Shown: piece by piece, positions 48,491 to 59,725 of the stretch | How the letters are laid out: every line of letters begins with the position of its first letter | How positions within the stretch are numbered: position 1 is the stretch's first letter | Assembly: GCA_963725665.1 (NCBI GenBank) | Contig: CAVRZA010000004.1 | Coordinates: forward strand, 192,001 to 256,000 | Origin: an uncultured Actinomycetes bacterium | GTDB taxonomy: Bacteria; Actinomycetota; Thermoleophilia; UBA2241 | Reading direction: 5' to 3' | Length of the DNA: 64,000 nt | Notes under the pieces: model-generated | The model's database searches: none | Told to the model about the DNA's origin: nothing | Seen by the model: only the letters and a program-made list of their open reading frames with translations | Position numbers and translations under genes: made by a program

Positions 48491-49156
48491 GTGACCCGGA
48501 GCGGGCCGTTGCGTTTCATGCTGGCCACCGCCAACCGTCACAAGCGGCGCGAGTTCGCCTTGATCCTCGCGCCGCACGAGGTGCTGCCCATGCCTCGTGA
48601 CGTCGTCCTGCCCCCCGAGGGCACGGAGTCCTTCGCGGCCAACGCGCGGGCCAAGGCGCGGGCCTTGCGTGAGGCGGCGCAGAAGCACACGCGCGGGACG
48701 CCCTCCGACGACCAGTCCGCCGCGGATCGCGAGACCGCGCCCGACTTCTTCATCGCCGACGACTCGGGGCTCGAGGTCGAGGCGCTCGGCTGGGGGCCCG
48801 GCGTGATCTCCTCGCGCTACTCGGGGCGCGAGGGCGACGACCGCGCCAACATCGACAAGTTGCTCGTCGCCCTCGCGCCCGCCCTCGAGGAGACGGCGCG
48901 CCGGGCCCGCTTCGTGTGTGAGCTGGCTTGCCAGGCCGCGGACGGCGAAGAGACAGTCGTGCGCGGGGAGTGGTGGGGACACATCGCGCGCTCCCCGCGA
49001 GGAGACGGCGGCTTCGGCTACGACCCGGTCTTCGTGCCCGACGGCTCCGACCTCACGGTGGCGCAGTTGCCCGACGAGGCCAAGAACCGCGCGAGCCACC
49101 GCGCGCGCGCAGCGCGCGCCCTGCTCGCGCGCTTGCAGGCGGAGGGCGTGCTGTGA
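48491..49156 (+). CDS. rdgB: Non-canonical purine NTP pyrophosphatase (RdgB/HAM1)
   Basis: [40 protein letters not shown]. Confidence 0.93.
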   Translation: MTRSGPLRFMLATANRHKRREFALILAPHEVLPMPRDVVLPPEGTESFAANARAKARALREAAQKHTRGTPSDDQSAADRETAPDFFIADDSGLEVEALGWGPGVISSRYSGREGDDRANIDKLLVALAPALEETARRARFVCELACQAADGEETVVRGEWWGHIARSPRGDGGFGYDPVFVPDGSDLTVAQLPDEAKNRASHRARAARALLARLQAEGVL

Positions 49157-50067
49157 GCGCCGAGCATCTCCCTCTCGAAGAGGCCAACAGGATCAAGGCG
49201 CGCGCCGCCTACATCTCCATCATCTCGAACTCCCTGCTGATCGCCTTCAAGCTCACGGTGGGGCTCATCTCGGGCTCGGTCGGCATCATCTCGGAGGCGC
49301 TGCACTCCGGTAGCGACCTCATCGCGGCCATCATCGCCTTCTTCTCCGTGCGCCAGGCGGCCAAGCCGGCCGACCTCACGCACAGGTACGGCCACGAGAA
49401 GGTCGAGAACGTCTCGGGAGTCGTCGAGGGGGCGCTCATCTTCGGCGCCGCCATCATCATCATCTACGAGGCGGTGCAGAAGCTCATCAACGGCCTGCAC
49501 ATCGACCACCTGTGGCTGGCCATCGGGGTCATGCTCCTGTCGGCCGCGGTCAACATCGGCGTGTCCCGCTACCTCTATCCCATCGCTCGGCGCACGGAGA
49601 GCGCCGCGCTCGAGGCCGACGCTGCCCACCTCCTGACCGACGTCTACACCTCGCTCGGCGTCGCGGGGGGCCTGGCTCTGGTGAAGCTCACCGGCAAGAC
49701 CTTCTTCGACCCCGTGCTGGCCATGGTCGTCGCCGTCATCATCATCCGTACGTCGATCGGGCTCATGAGCCACTCGACTCGGGTGCTGCTCGACGAGGCG
49801 CTGCCCGACGATGAGCTCGCCGTGATCCGCGACACGGTCGCGGAACATCGCGGCGAGCTCATCGTCGGCTACCACAAGCTACGCGCCCGCCGCGCGGGCA
49901 GCAAGCGCCACATCGACCTCCACATCACGGTCGAAGACGACATGGGCATCGTCGACGCGCACGACGCCGCCATGCACATCAGCGCCGACATCCGCCGCCG
50001 CATCCCGAACTCCGAGGTGCTGGTGCACATCGAGCCGCGCTCGCACGACCGCCAGGACGACTCCTAG
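49153..50067 (+). CDS. Cation diffusion facilitator transporter
   Basis: EALHSGSD, HRYGHEKVE, HLLTD, VHIEP; GTG start overlaps the rdgB stop. Confidence 0.92.
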   Translation: MSAEHLPLEEANRIKARAAYISIISNSLLIAFKLTVGLISGSVGIISEALHSGSDLIAAIIAFFSVRQAAKPADLTHRYGHEKVENVSGVVEGALIFGAAIIIIYEAVQKLINGLHIDHLWLAIGVMLLSAAVNIGVSRYLYPIARRTESAALEADAAHLLTDVYTSLGVAGGLALVKLTGKTFFDPVLAMVVAVIIIRTSIGLMSHSTRVLLDEALPDDELAVIRDTVAEHRGELIVGYHKLRARRAGSKRHIDLHITVEDDMGIVDAHDAAMHISADIRRRIPNSEVLVHIEPRSHDRQDDS

Positions 50068-50125
50068 CCCTCTTGCCCGACCGGATCACGGTCGCGCACA
50101 CGCTGGGACGTGGGATGTGCAGCCA

Positions 50126-51427
50126 CTACGCGAATGGCAGGCGCAGCGTCGAGGCGACCAGGACCACCGTGAGGGCGATCAGCACGACCGAGAAGCCCCA
50201 CGCCACGGCATTGTAGACGGGTCCGTTGACGTGCTCGCCCATGATGGAGCGGTCGTTGATGATGGTGAGCACGTAGATGAGGACGATGGGCAGCAGGATG
50301 CCGTTCAGGTCCTGGCTCAATAGCATCACCTTCACCAGAGGCAGGCCGGGGATGACGGCCACCGCGGCGGGCACGAAGATGAAGAACGTCAGCAGGCCGT
50401 TGAAGATCGGCGCCTCCGAGAACGAGCGGTCGAGCCCCGATTCGAAGCCGAAGGCCTCCGAGATCGCGTAGGCGGTAGCCAGCGGCAGTATGGCCGCGGC
50501 GAGGATCGACACGTTCAGAAGGCCGAAGCCGAACAGCAGCGCGGCGAGCTCGCCCGCCAGCGGCTCGAGAGCGCGGGCGGCGTCCTGGGCCGTGCCGACG
50601 ACGATGCCGTCCCGGTAGAGCGTCGCCGCGCAGGCGACGACGATGAAGAAGTCGATGCCGTTGGTGAACACGGCCCCCAGGTAGACCTCGGTCTTGGTGT
50701 ACGCGTAGTCGCGGATCGAGATCTTCTTGTCGGCGACGGAGGCTTGGATGAAGAACTGTCCCCAGGGCGTGATGGTCGTCCCGATGGCGGCGATGACCGT
50801 CAGGAGCCAGATGGTGGTGGGGGTGACGTGTGGCGTCACGGCGCTGTGGGCCGCTTCTCCCCACTGGGGGTGGGCGAGGATGCCGGCGACGACGTAGGCG
50901 GCGTAGACGGCGGTGAGGGCGAGGAACACGCGCTCGACGCGGCGGTAGGAGCCGCGGGTGACCAGAAGCCAGACGCCGACGGCGACCGGTGGCACGCAGA
51001 GCCAGGCCGGGACGTGCGCCAGGCTGAAGGCAGCGGCGACGCCCGAGAACTCGGCCACCGTGGTGCCGAAGTTGGCCACCAGCATGACGAGCATGGCGAA
51101 GGCCGTCATGCGCAGGCTGAAGCGCTCGCGGATGAGGGCCGCCAGCCCCTTGCCGGTCACCACGCCCATGCGCGCGCCCATCTCCTGCGTCACGGCGAGG
51201 ATGGGCGTGATCAGCAGCAGCACCCAGAGAAGCTGGTAGCCGAAGCGAGCGCCGACGACCGACCAGGTCGTGATGCCGCCGGCGTCGTTGTCGGACGCGG
51301 CCGTGATGAGCCCGGGCCCCATGATCGCCAAGAAGACGAGGAGGCGCGAGCGGCCGATGTGGTCGAGCCGGCCGCCTCCGATCCATCTCCTGACGCGTCG
51401 CCACGCGTGCCGGGTTGGGCCTGCCAT
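50126..51427 (-). CDS. NRAMP-related Mg2+ transporter (NrmT-like), copy 2
   Basis: GPG..DNDAGGITT, QEMGARMG, GTTITPWGQFF. Confidence 0.9.
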   Translation of the reverse strand: MAGPTRHAWRRVRRWIGGGRLDHIGRSRLLVFLAIMGPGLITAASDNDAGGITTWSVVGARFGYQLLWVLLLITPILAVTQEMGARMGVVTGKGLAALIRERFSLRMTAFAMLVMLVANFGTTVAEFSGVAAAFSLAHVPAWLCVPPVAVGVWLLVTRGSYRRVERVFLALTAVYAAYVVAGILAHPQWGEAAHSAVTPHVTPTTIWLLTVIAAIGTTITPWGQFFIQASVADKKISIRDYAYTKTEVYLGAVFTNGIDFFIVVACAATLYRDGIVVGTAQDAARALEPLAGELAALLFGFGLLNVSILAAAILPLATAYAISEAFGFESGLDRSFSEAPIFNGLLTFFIFVPAAVAVIPGLPLVKVMLLSQDLNGILLPIVLIYVLTIINDRSIMGEHVNGPVYNAVAWGFSVVLIALTVVLVASTLRLPFA

Positions 51428-51431
51428 GAGG

Positions 51432-52700
51432 CTACGAGAAGAGCGGCGAGGTGACGAGGATGGCGCTCATGCCGATCAGAACGACGGAGAACGTCCAGGC
51501 GATCGCGTTGCGCACCGGGCCGTTGACGTGCTCGCCCATGACGCGGGGATTGTTCACGATACGGAGCGTGAAGAGGAGGATCACCGGCAGGAGCACGCCG
51601 TTCAGCATCTGGGCGACCAGGATGACGCTGACGAGCGGCAGTCCCGGGATGATGGCGATCGCCGCCGGGACGAACATTAGGAACGTGATGATGCCGTTGA
51701 AGACGGGCGCCTCGCGGAACGAGCTGTCGAGGCCGCTCTCGAAGCCGAACGCCTCGCAGACGACGTAGGCGGTCGCCAGCGGCAGCACGCTGGCGGCGAG
51801 GACGGAGACGCTCAGCAGGCCGAGGCCGAACAGGTACGTGGCGGCAGCGCCGAGGAACGGCTGCAGCGCCAGCGCCGCGTCCTGAGCCGACGTGACGACG
51901 ATGCCCTCGGGGTAGAGCGTGGCGGCGCAGGCGACGACGATGAAAAAATCGATGGTCGTCATGAACACCGAACCGACGTAGATCTCGCGCCTCGTGTAGA
52001 CGTACTGCCTCAGCGACACCTTCTTGTCCACGACGGCCGCCTGGATGAAGAACTGCCCCCAAGGCGTGAGCGTCGTGCCCACCGCGGCGATGGCCGTAAA
52101 TAGCCACAGCGTGTTGAGCTGGACGCTGGGGACGAGGGCGCCGTGCGCCGCAGCCGACCAGTCCGGCTTGGCCATGATGCCCGCGACCACGTAGGTCACG
52201 AGGACGAAGCCCAGGGCCAGCAGGATGCGCTCCACCTTGCGATAGGAGCCGCGCGTCACGAGCAGCCAGATGGCGGCGGCGAGCAGGGGTACGGCGAGGT
52301 AGGAAGGCACGCCGAGGAGGTCGCTCGCGGCCGCGATGCCCGAGAACTCGGCCACCGTGGTGCCGAAGTTGGCGACCACAGTGACCAGGATGGCGAGGGC
52401 GGTCACCTGGAGGCTGAAATTCTCGCGTATGAGGCCGGCCAGCCCGCGTCCGGTGACCACGCCGACGCGGGCGTTCATCTCCTGGACGACGGCGAGCACC
52501 GGCGTGATCAGCACGAGGATCCAGATCATGCTGTAGCCGTAGCGCGAGCCGATCACCGACCAGGTCGTGATGCCGCCGGCGTCGTTGCCGGCGTTGGCGG
52601 CGATCAATCCAGGCCCGACCATGCTCAGGATGACGAGCAGGCGGGTGCGGCCGATACGGCCGGCGAGGCGACGGCCTACAGTGCGCGGAGCCAGCACCAT
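51432..52700 (-). CDS. NRAMP-related Mg2+ transporter (NrmT-like), copy 1
   Basis: GPG..GNDAGGITT, QEMNARVG, GTTLTPWGQFF. Confidence 0.9.
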   Translation of the reverse strand: MVLAPRTVGRRLAGRIGRTRLLVILSMVGPGLIAANAGNDAGGITTWSVIGSRYGYSMIWILVLITPVLAVVQEMNARVGVVTGRGLAGLIRENFSLQVTALAILVTVVANFGTTVAEFSGIAAASDLLGVPSYLAVPLLAAAIWLLVTRGSYRKVERILLALGFVLVTYVVAGIMAKPDWSAAAHGALVPSVQLNTLWLFTAIAAVGTTLTPWGQFFIQAAVVDKKVSLRQYVYTRREIYVGSVFMTTIDFFIVVACAATLYPEGIVVTSAQDAALALQPFLGAAATYLFGLGLLSVSVLAASVLPLATAYVVCEAFGFESGLDSSFREAPVFNGIITFLMFVPAAIAIIPGLPLVSVILVAQMLNGVLLPVILLFTLRIVNNPRVMGEHVNGPVRNAIAWTFSVVLIGMSAILVTSPLFS

Positions 52701-52710
52701 CGAGGCCTCC

Positions 52711-53952
52711 TCAAGGGAAGATCCTCGGCAGGCGCTTCTTCCAGGCCAGCGGCAGCACGAGGTCGATGGCATCGTCGACCGTGATGATGCCGTGCAGCAC
52801 ACCGTCGTCGTCGACGACCGGCAGGGCCAGGAGGTTGTACTTGGCGATGGCCCCCGTGACTTCTTCTTCGCTCGCCGTCGGGGGCACCGACACAGGGTTC
52901 GCTTTCATGAACTCGCGTACCTTGCGCTCCGGGGGCACCGTGATCAGGTCACGCAGGGAGAAGACGCCCAGGAGGCGCTCCGCCTTGTCGACCACGTAGA
53001 CGTAGTAGACGGTCTCGACCTCGGGCTCCTGCTCGCGCAGGCGCTCGATCGCCTCGCCCGCGGTGAGCTCCGGACCCACGAAGGCGAACTCCGTGGTCAT
53101 GATGCCGCCGGCCGAGTGCTCCGGGTAGGCGAGGAGCTCGCGGACGTCCTCGGCCTCGTCGGCGGCCATCATGGCTATCAGGCGCTCGGCGCGTTCCGGC
53201 GGCAGGTCGGCGAGCAGGTCTGCGGCGTCGTCGGGGTCCATGTTCGAGAGCAGGTCGCGCGCCTTCTCGTCGGGCAGCTCCTGGATCAGCGACGCCTGGA
53301 AGGAGGGGTGCATCTCCTCGACGGCGTCGGCGGCGACCTCGTCTTCGAGGGCGTCGAACACGGCGGCGCGCTCCTCGGGAGAGAGCTCGTGGGCGATGTC
53401 GGCGATGTCGGCGGGGTGCAGCAGCGAGAGGTCGGTGCGCGGCACCGTGAGCTTCACCGACTCCGCGTCGCTCAGCCGCGCGTCGACGTTGCGCCAGTCG
53501 ATGAGCGTCGGCTTGCTGGGTTTCGTTCGCCGGCTCGTCACCTTGGCGAGGCCGATGCGGCGCAGGATGGCGCCACTCGAGACGTCGACGGCCACCACGC
53601 GCAGCTCGCGACCGACGCGGGTGAGCTGGATGTCATTGACGCGGATGATCTTGTGCCCCTCGGTGTCGACGATCTGCTTGTCGAGCACCTGTCCGCTGAG
53701 CAGGATCTCGCCGGCCTCGAGGGGCCGGTCTTCGAGCTCGCGGGCCGGCACACGCAGCAGGGTGCCGGACTCCTCGAAGCTGCTCACGGCCGACCAGGGG
53801 ACGACGAGCTGACGGCGTCCCCGCTTGAGGACGAGGGCGCTGATCACGGGGTAGGGAGTGCGGACGGCGGCGACCAGGTCCTGCAGGCGCCCAGCGCTGC
53901 GGCCGGAGGCGTCGCGCACTGTCTGTCCGGTGAGCTTACTGAAGAAGAACAT
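52711..53952 (-). CDS. PRC-barrel + MgtE intracellular N domain + CBS pair protein (no TM domain)
   Basis: LDKQIVD, HPADIAD, MDPDDAADLL, AGGIMTT, LPVVD..G.L.GIITVDD. Confidence 0.9.
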   Translation of the reverse strand: MFFFSKLTGQTVRDASGRSAGRLQDLVAAVRTPYPVISALVLKRGRRQLVVPWSAVSSFEESGTLLRVPARELEDRPLEAGEILLSGQVLDKQIVDTEGHKIIRVNDIQLTRVGRELRVVAVDVSSGAILRRIGLAKVTSRRTKPSKPTLIDWRNVDARLSDAESVKLTVPRTDLSLLHPADIADIAHELSPEERAAVFDALEDEVAADAVEEMHPSFQASLIQELPDEKARDLLSNMDPDDAADLLADLPPERAERLIAMMAADEAEDVRELLAYPEHSAGGIMTTEFAFVGPELTAGEAIERLREQEPEVETVYYVYVVDKAERLLGVFSLRDLITVPPERKVREFMKANPVSVPPTASEEEVTGAIAKYNLLALPVVDDDGVLHGIITVDDAIDLVLPLAWKKRLPRIFP

Positions 53953-54065
53953 CGTCCACCCCCTTTCCGCGTCGTTCCTTCTCGGCGCTCAAGGCCACAA
54001 CGAAACGAGCCTCCCCGTGCAGGGAGGCTCAAGCTTCCGGCCTACAGCGGCCGCGCGGATGGGCG

Positions 54066-54231
54066 AATCCTCACTCGTCCGAAAAGCTTTGGCACAGCAC
54101 AGCGTTGAGGGCTAGCCTCAGCCGTTTCGGGTAAGACCTTGGACCGGTAATACCTGTTCTACCCGTTGGCGTCTCTGGACGTTTCCGGGCAACGGCCTCT
54201 ATCTGTGCTGGAGCCTCACCTAACGAGGAAT
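54066..54231 (-). ncRNA. M-box (ykoK) Mg2+ riboswitch
   Basis: Minus strand reads CTCGTTAGGTGAGGCTCC...GCCCGGAAACGTCCAGAGACGCCAACGGGTAGAACAG...AAGGT...GTGCCAAAGC...ACGAG, matching the ykoK consensus; upstream of Mg2+ transporter genes; hairpin gagcctccc/gggaggctc at 54008-54030. Confidence 0.93.
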
Positions 54232-54486
54232 CTCTTTGGTAACGCTCCCGAAACGTACGCCCCCGTCGCGGGTGGTGTCAAGGCGAGGGCGGGCCGGCGC
54301 CGGCGGGCGGAGGCACTGCGTAGGCGGCGTTTTCGGGCGACCGCGGCGGGGCGCCGGCAGCGAGGCTGCCAAAGGGGCCCCACCGCGGTCGCCGTCGCTG
54401 CTGTATACTATCCGCCGGTCCGGCCCGCCCTCGCCGCCGGACAGCGGCCCCGCCGCCAACCGTCGACCGGGAGCAGAGAGCCGGGC

Positions 54487-55446
54487 ATGATCATCACCGT
54501 CACGCCCAACGCGGCAATCGACAAGACGCTCACCGTCCCCAACTTCCACACCGGCTTCCGCCATCGCGCAAGCCAGAGTCTCACGTTACCGGGCGGCAAG
54601 GGCGTGAACATCGCCCGCGCGCTCAAGACCCTTGAGCAGCCGGTCATCGCCACTGGGCTCGTGGGCGGACGCACGGGGCAGCAGATCGTCGAAGGGCTGA
54701 CGCGCGAGGGCATCCTCAACGACTTCGTGCGCATCCAGGGGGAGTCACGCACCTCGACCGCGGTCATCGACCCGACCAACATGAGCCAGACCGAGATCAA
54801 CGAGTACGGCCCGGTGGTGACCGAGCAGGAGCGTCAGGCCTTTCTCGAGAAGGTCGACTACCTAGCGAAGGGGGCGCACTACGTCATCATCGCCGGCTCC
54901 CTGCCGCGCCGCCTGCCGGACGACTTCTACCAGCAAGTCCTGCAGACGGTGAAACGCCATCGCTGCCTCTCCGTGCTTGACAGCTCCGCCCAGCCCCTGC
55001 GGCTGGGAGTGCGCGGGCGCCCAGACTTCGTGTCGCCCAACGTGCGCGAGGCCGAGGACCTCGTGGGCCACGAGTTCCACGACGAGCAGGACGTGATCGA
55101 CGCCACCGGTATCATCCGGGAGATGGGTGCTCAGAACGTCATCATCACCATGCCCGACGGCTGTTTCGCGCGCGTCAAGCACGGCCGCCGCATCAGGGTC
55201 TTCCACGCCTCCATTCCCTTGATAGAGACGGTCGTGAGCACGGTCGGCTCCGGCGACGCCTTTCTCGCCGGCTTCATCGCCAGCCGCTTCCAGCGCACGG
55301 AAGTGCCCGACTGCCTGCGTTTCGGTCTCGCCTGCGGCGCCGCGAACACCCTGCGCTACGGAGCGGGCGTGTTCGACCCCAACGAGGTGGAGCGCCTCTA
55401 CAAGACGACCGAGGTGACCGAGGTCCACGCGGCCGCGCGCGACTGA
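54487..55446 (+). CDS. 1-phosphofructokinase family hexose kinase (PfkB)
   Basis: MIITVTPNAAIDKT, PGGKGVNIAR, AGSLP, PN..E, TVGSGDAFLAG. Confidence 0.92.
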   Translation: MIITVTPNAAIDKTLTVPNFHTGFRHRASQSLTLPGGKGVNIARALKTLEQPVIATGLVGGRTGQQIVEGLTREGILNDFVRIQGESRTSTAVIDPTNMSQTEINEYGPVVTEQERQAFLEKVDYLAKGAHYVIIAGSLPRRLPDDFYQQVLQTVKRHRCLSVLDSSAQPLRLGVRGRPDFVSPNVREAEDLVGHEFHDEQDVIDATGIIREMGAQNVIITMPDGCFARVKHGRRIRVFHASIPLIETVVSTVGSGDAFLAGFIASRFQRTEVPDCLRFGLACGAANTLRYGAGVFDPNEVERLYKTTEVTEVHAAARD

Positions 55447-55610
55447 TCGCCGGCCCGGCGGCGCGGTCCGCCGCCCCCGTGATCGACGCGCGGACACCGA
55501 CTGGTCGTCGCCGCGTCGCCACCAGCTTCCGCAGCTCCCCAACGTCACTTCTGCACGGCGGCGAAACGTAGACGGACTGAGGAACCGCCTCGTAGGGCAG
55601 ACAGACCTGA

Positions 55611-56564
55611 ATGAGACGCACGCTCCCCATTCTCGCCGTGGCCCTGGCCGCGGTCGCGGTGGCCGCAGTCGCATACGCTTCGCTGCGGTCGCCCAGCACG
55701 ACACACCCGCAGGCGGCCGCGACGCGGTCGACGGCCGCCTCTCCCACCGCTGCGGCTGCGTCCGGCATGCCGCACCTCGCGCACGTGTTCGTCATCGTGA
55801 TGGAGAACAAGTCCGCGAGTGAGATCGCCGGCAACTCATCGGCGCCCTTCATCAACGGGCTAATCGGGCGCTACGCCTATGCCGCCGACTACTCCGCCCT
55901 CACGCACCCCAGCCTGCCCAACTACATCGCTCTCACCAGCGGCTCGTTCCAGGGCATCACCGACGACCGCAACCCGCCCGGCGCCGGCTACGCGGTCGAC
56001 GCGGTCAACCTCGCCGACCGCATCGACGGCGCCGGCCTCACGTGGATGGCCTACGCCGAGAGCCTGCCGAGCGCCGGCTACGCCGACAACGCCGGTCAGT
56101 TCGCCACCAGGCACGAGCCGTTCCTCTACTACACGGACATCCTGGGGAACGACAGCCGCCGCATCTCCCACATCGTGCCCTTCACCCAGATGGCGACCGA
56201 CTTGCGCTCCGCGGCCACGACGCCGAGCTTCGCGTTCATCACTCCCAACGCGTGCAACGACATGCACGACTGCCCCGTGTCGGTCGGTGACGAGTGGCTC
56301 TCGAAAACGGTGGCGGTGATCCTGAGCAGCAAGGCCTTCACGAGCTCTCCTTCCCTGCTCGTGGTCACCTGGGACGAGGGCAGCGACTCCGACAACCACG
56401 TCGTTACGGTCCTCGCCGGCAACAGCGTCAAGCAGGGCTTCCGTTCGAGCCAGGCCTACGACCATTACTCGCTCCTGCACACGATCGAGGCGAGGCTCGG
56501 TCTGCAGCCCATGACGGCCAGCGACGGCAGCGCCGCCGTGATGAGCGAGTTCTTCCGGCGGTAG
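55611..56564 (+). CDS. Secreted phosphoesterase (SapM-like acid phosphatase)
   Basis: HVFVIVMENK, HPSLPNYIA, RHEPF, NDMHD, TWDE, YDHYSLLHTIE. Confidence 0.88.
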   Translation: MRRTLPILAVALAAVAVAAVAYASLRSPSTTHPQAAATRSTAASPTAAAASGMPHLAHVFVIVMENKSASEIAGNSSAPFINGLIGRYAYAADYSALTHPSLPNYIALTSGSFQGITDDRNPPGAGYAVDAVNLADRIDGAGLTWMAYAESLPSAGYADNAGQFATRHEPFLYYTDILGNDSRRISHIVPFTQMATDLRSAATTPSFAFITPNACNDMHDCPVSVGDEWLSKTVAVILSSKAFTSSPSLLVVTWDEGSDSDNHVVTVLAGNSVKQGFRSSQAYDHYSLLHTIEARLGLQPMTASDGSAAVMSEFFRR

Positions 56565-56721
56565 AGCGAGCTCGCGCAGCACTTCTGCCCGTCGTCCCCG
56601 TCTGAATCGGCAGTCGCATTGGGGCACCCAAGCGAAGGGCGAACCGGGGGCGGGAGACGGAGCGGATCCCGGCGTCGCGCTAAGGCGAGCGTTGGGCGCC
56701 GCCTTCTGTCGCAGACTCGCG

Positions 56722-56751
56722 TTGACGCTCCCTTGCGGGCGGTGCTAGCAT
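56722..56751 (+). promoter_or_regulatory. Sigma70-type promoter of guaB-guaA
   Basis: TTGACG-N18-TAGCAT with extended TG; GC-rich discriminator. Confidence 0.6.
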
Positions 56752-56809
56752 CCGGCCCAAGTTGCGTGCGAGCAACCGCCACATCCGTTCCCACAGAGAG
56801 CGACCTCAG

Positions 56810-56843
56810 AGGCTCCGGCCCCCGTGTGCCGGGCCTTTTGTTT
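56810..56843 (+). terminator. Terminator-like hairpin inside the guaB leader
   Basis: aggctccggc-ccccgtgt-gccgggcc-ttttgttt, about 30 nt before the guaB start. Confidence 0.6.
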
Positions 56844-56872
56844 ACCACCAGCCCAGGGCGTAGGAGGCAGTG

Positions 56873-58030
56873 ATGGAGGTAGAGATCGGCCGCGGCAAGA
56901 AGGGCCGCCGGGCCTACGGCTTCGACGACATCGCGATCGTGCCCAGCAGGCGCACGCGCGACCCCGAAGACGTCGACATCACGTGGAAGCTTGGGCCGTA
57001 CACCTGCGAGCTTCCGTTGCTGGCCTCGGCCATGGACGGCGTCGTCGACCCTGAGATGGCTGTGCGCATTGGCCGGCTCGGCGGGCTCGCGGTGCTTAAC
57101 CTCGAAGGCGTGCAGACGCGTTACGAGAACGCCGCCGAGCAGCTCGACCGCATCGCCGCGCTGCCCAAGGAGTCGGCGACGCGCACGATGCAGGAGATCT
57201 ACCAGGAGCCGATCAAGGAAGAGCTTGTCGCGCGGCGCATCAAGGAGATCAAGGACGGCGGCGTCATTGCCGCTGCGTCACTCACGCCGCAGCGCGTGCG
57301 CCAGTATCACCAGGTCGCCCTCGACGCCGGCCTCGACGTCCTCGTCATCCAGGGCACAGTCATCTCGGCCGAGCACGTCTCCAGCAGGGTCGAGCCGCTC
57401 AACCTCAAGGAGTTCATCGGCCAGATCCCGGTGCCGGTCATCGTCGGCGGCGTGGCGTCGTACTCCACGGCCCTGCACCTCATGCGGACCGGCGCCGTGG
57501 GCGTGCTCGTCGGCGTCGGCCCCGGCCACGCCTGCACCACGCGCGGCGTGCTCGGCATCGGCGTGCCGCAGGCGACGGCGATCGCCGACGCCTCCGCCGC
57601 GCGCATCCAGCACCTGCTCGAGACCGGTACCTACTGCAACGTCATCGCCGACGGCGGCATGCGCACCGGCGGCGACATCGCCAAGGCCATCGCCCTGGGC
57701 GCCGACGCCGTCATGATCGGCTCGCCGCTGGCCGCGGCCTCCGAGGCGCCGGGCCGCGGCTACCACTGGGGCATGGCGACCTTCCATCCCGAGCTGCCGC
57801 GCGGCACGCGCGTCAAGGCCGGCGCAAAGGGCAGCATAGAGGAGATCCTGCTGGGCCCGGCGCACGAGAACGACGGCACCCTCAACCTGTTCGGTGCCCT
57901 GCGCACGTCGATGGCGACCTGCGGCTACGACACCATCCAGAACTTCCAGAAGGCCGAGGTCATGGTCGCGCCGGCGCTCATGACGGAGGGCAAGAAGCTG
58001 CAGAAGGAGCAGGACGTCGGCATGGGCTGA
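56873..58030 (+). CDS. guaB: IMP dehydrogenase family protein (GuaB3-type)
   Basis: [47 protein letters not shown]. Confidence 0.92.
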   Translation: MEVEIGRGKKGRRAYGFDDIAIVPSRRTRDPEDVDITWKLGPYTCELPLLASAMDGVVDPEMAVRIGRLGGLAVLNLEGVQTRYENAAEQLDRIAALPKESATRTMQEIYQEPIKEELVARRIKEIKDGGVIAAASLTPQRVRQYHQVALDAGLDVLVIQGTVISAEHVSSRVEPLNLKEFIGQIPVPVIVGGVASYSTALHLMRTGAVGVLVGVGPGHACTTRGVLGIGVPQATAIADASAARIQHLLETGTYCNVIADGGMRTGGDIAKAIALGADAVMIGSPLAAASEAPGRGYHWGMATFHPELPRGTRVKAGAKGSIEEILLGPAHENDGTLNLFGALRTSMATCGYDTIQNFQKAEVMVAPALMTEGKKLQKEQDVGMG

Positions 58031-58062
58031 AGGCCCCGTCGCCGAGGAGGAGAAGAGCACCG

Positions 58063-59664
<1,602 letters not shown>

Positions 59665-59725
59665 GGCCGCGCGTCGGCCGTCAGCGGCCGGCGGAGTCGC
59701 GGCGGTAGGCCGGGCTCCGAGGGTG

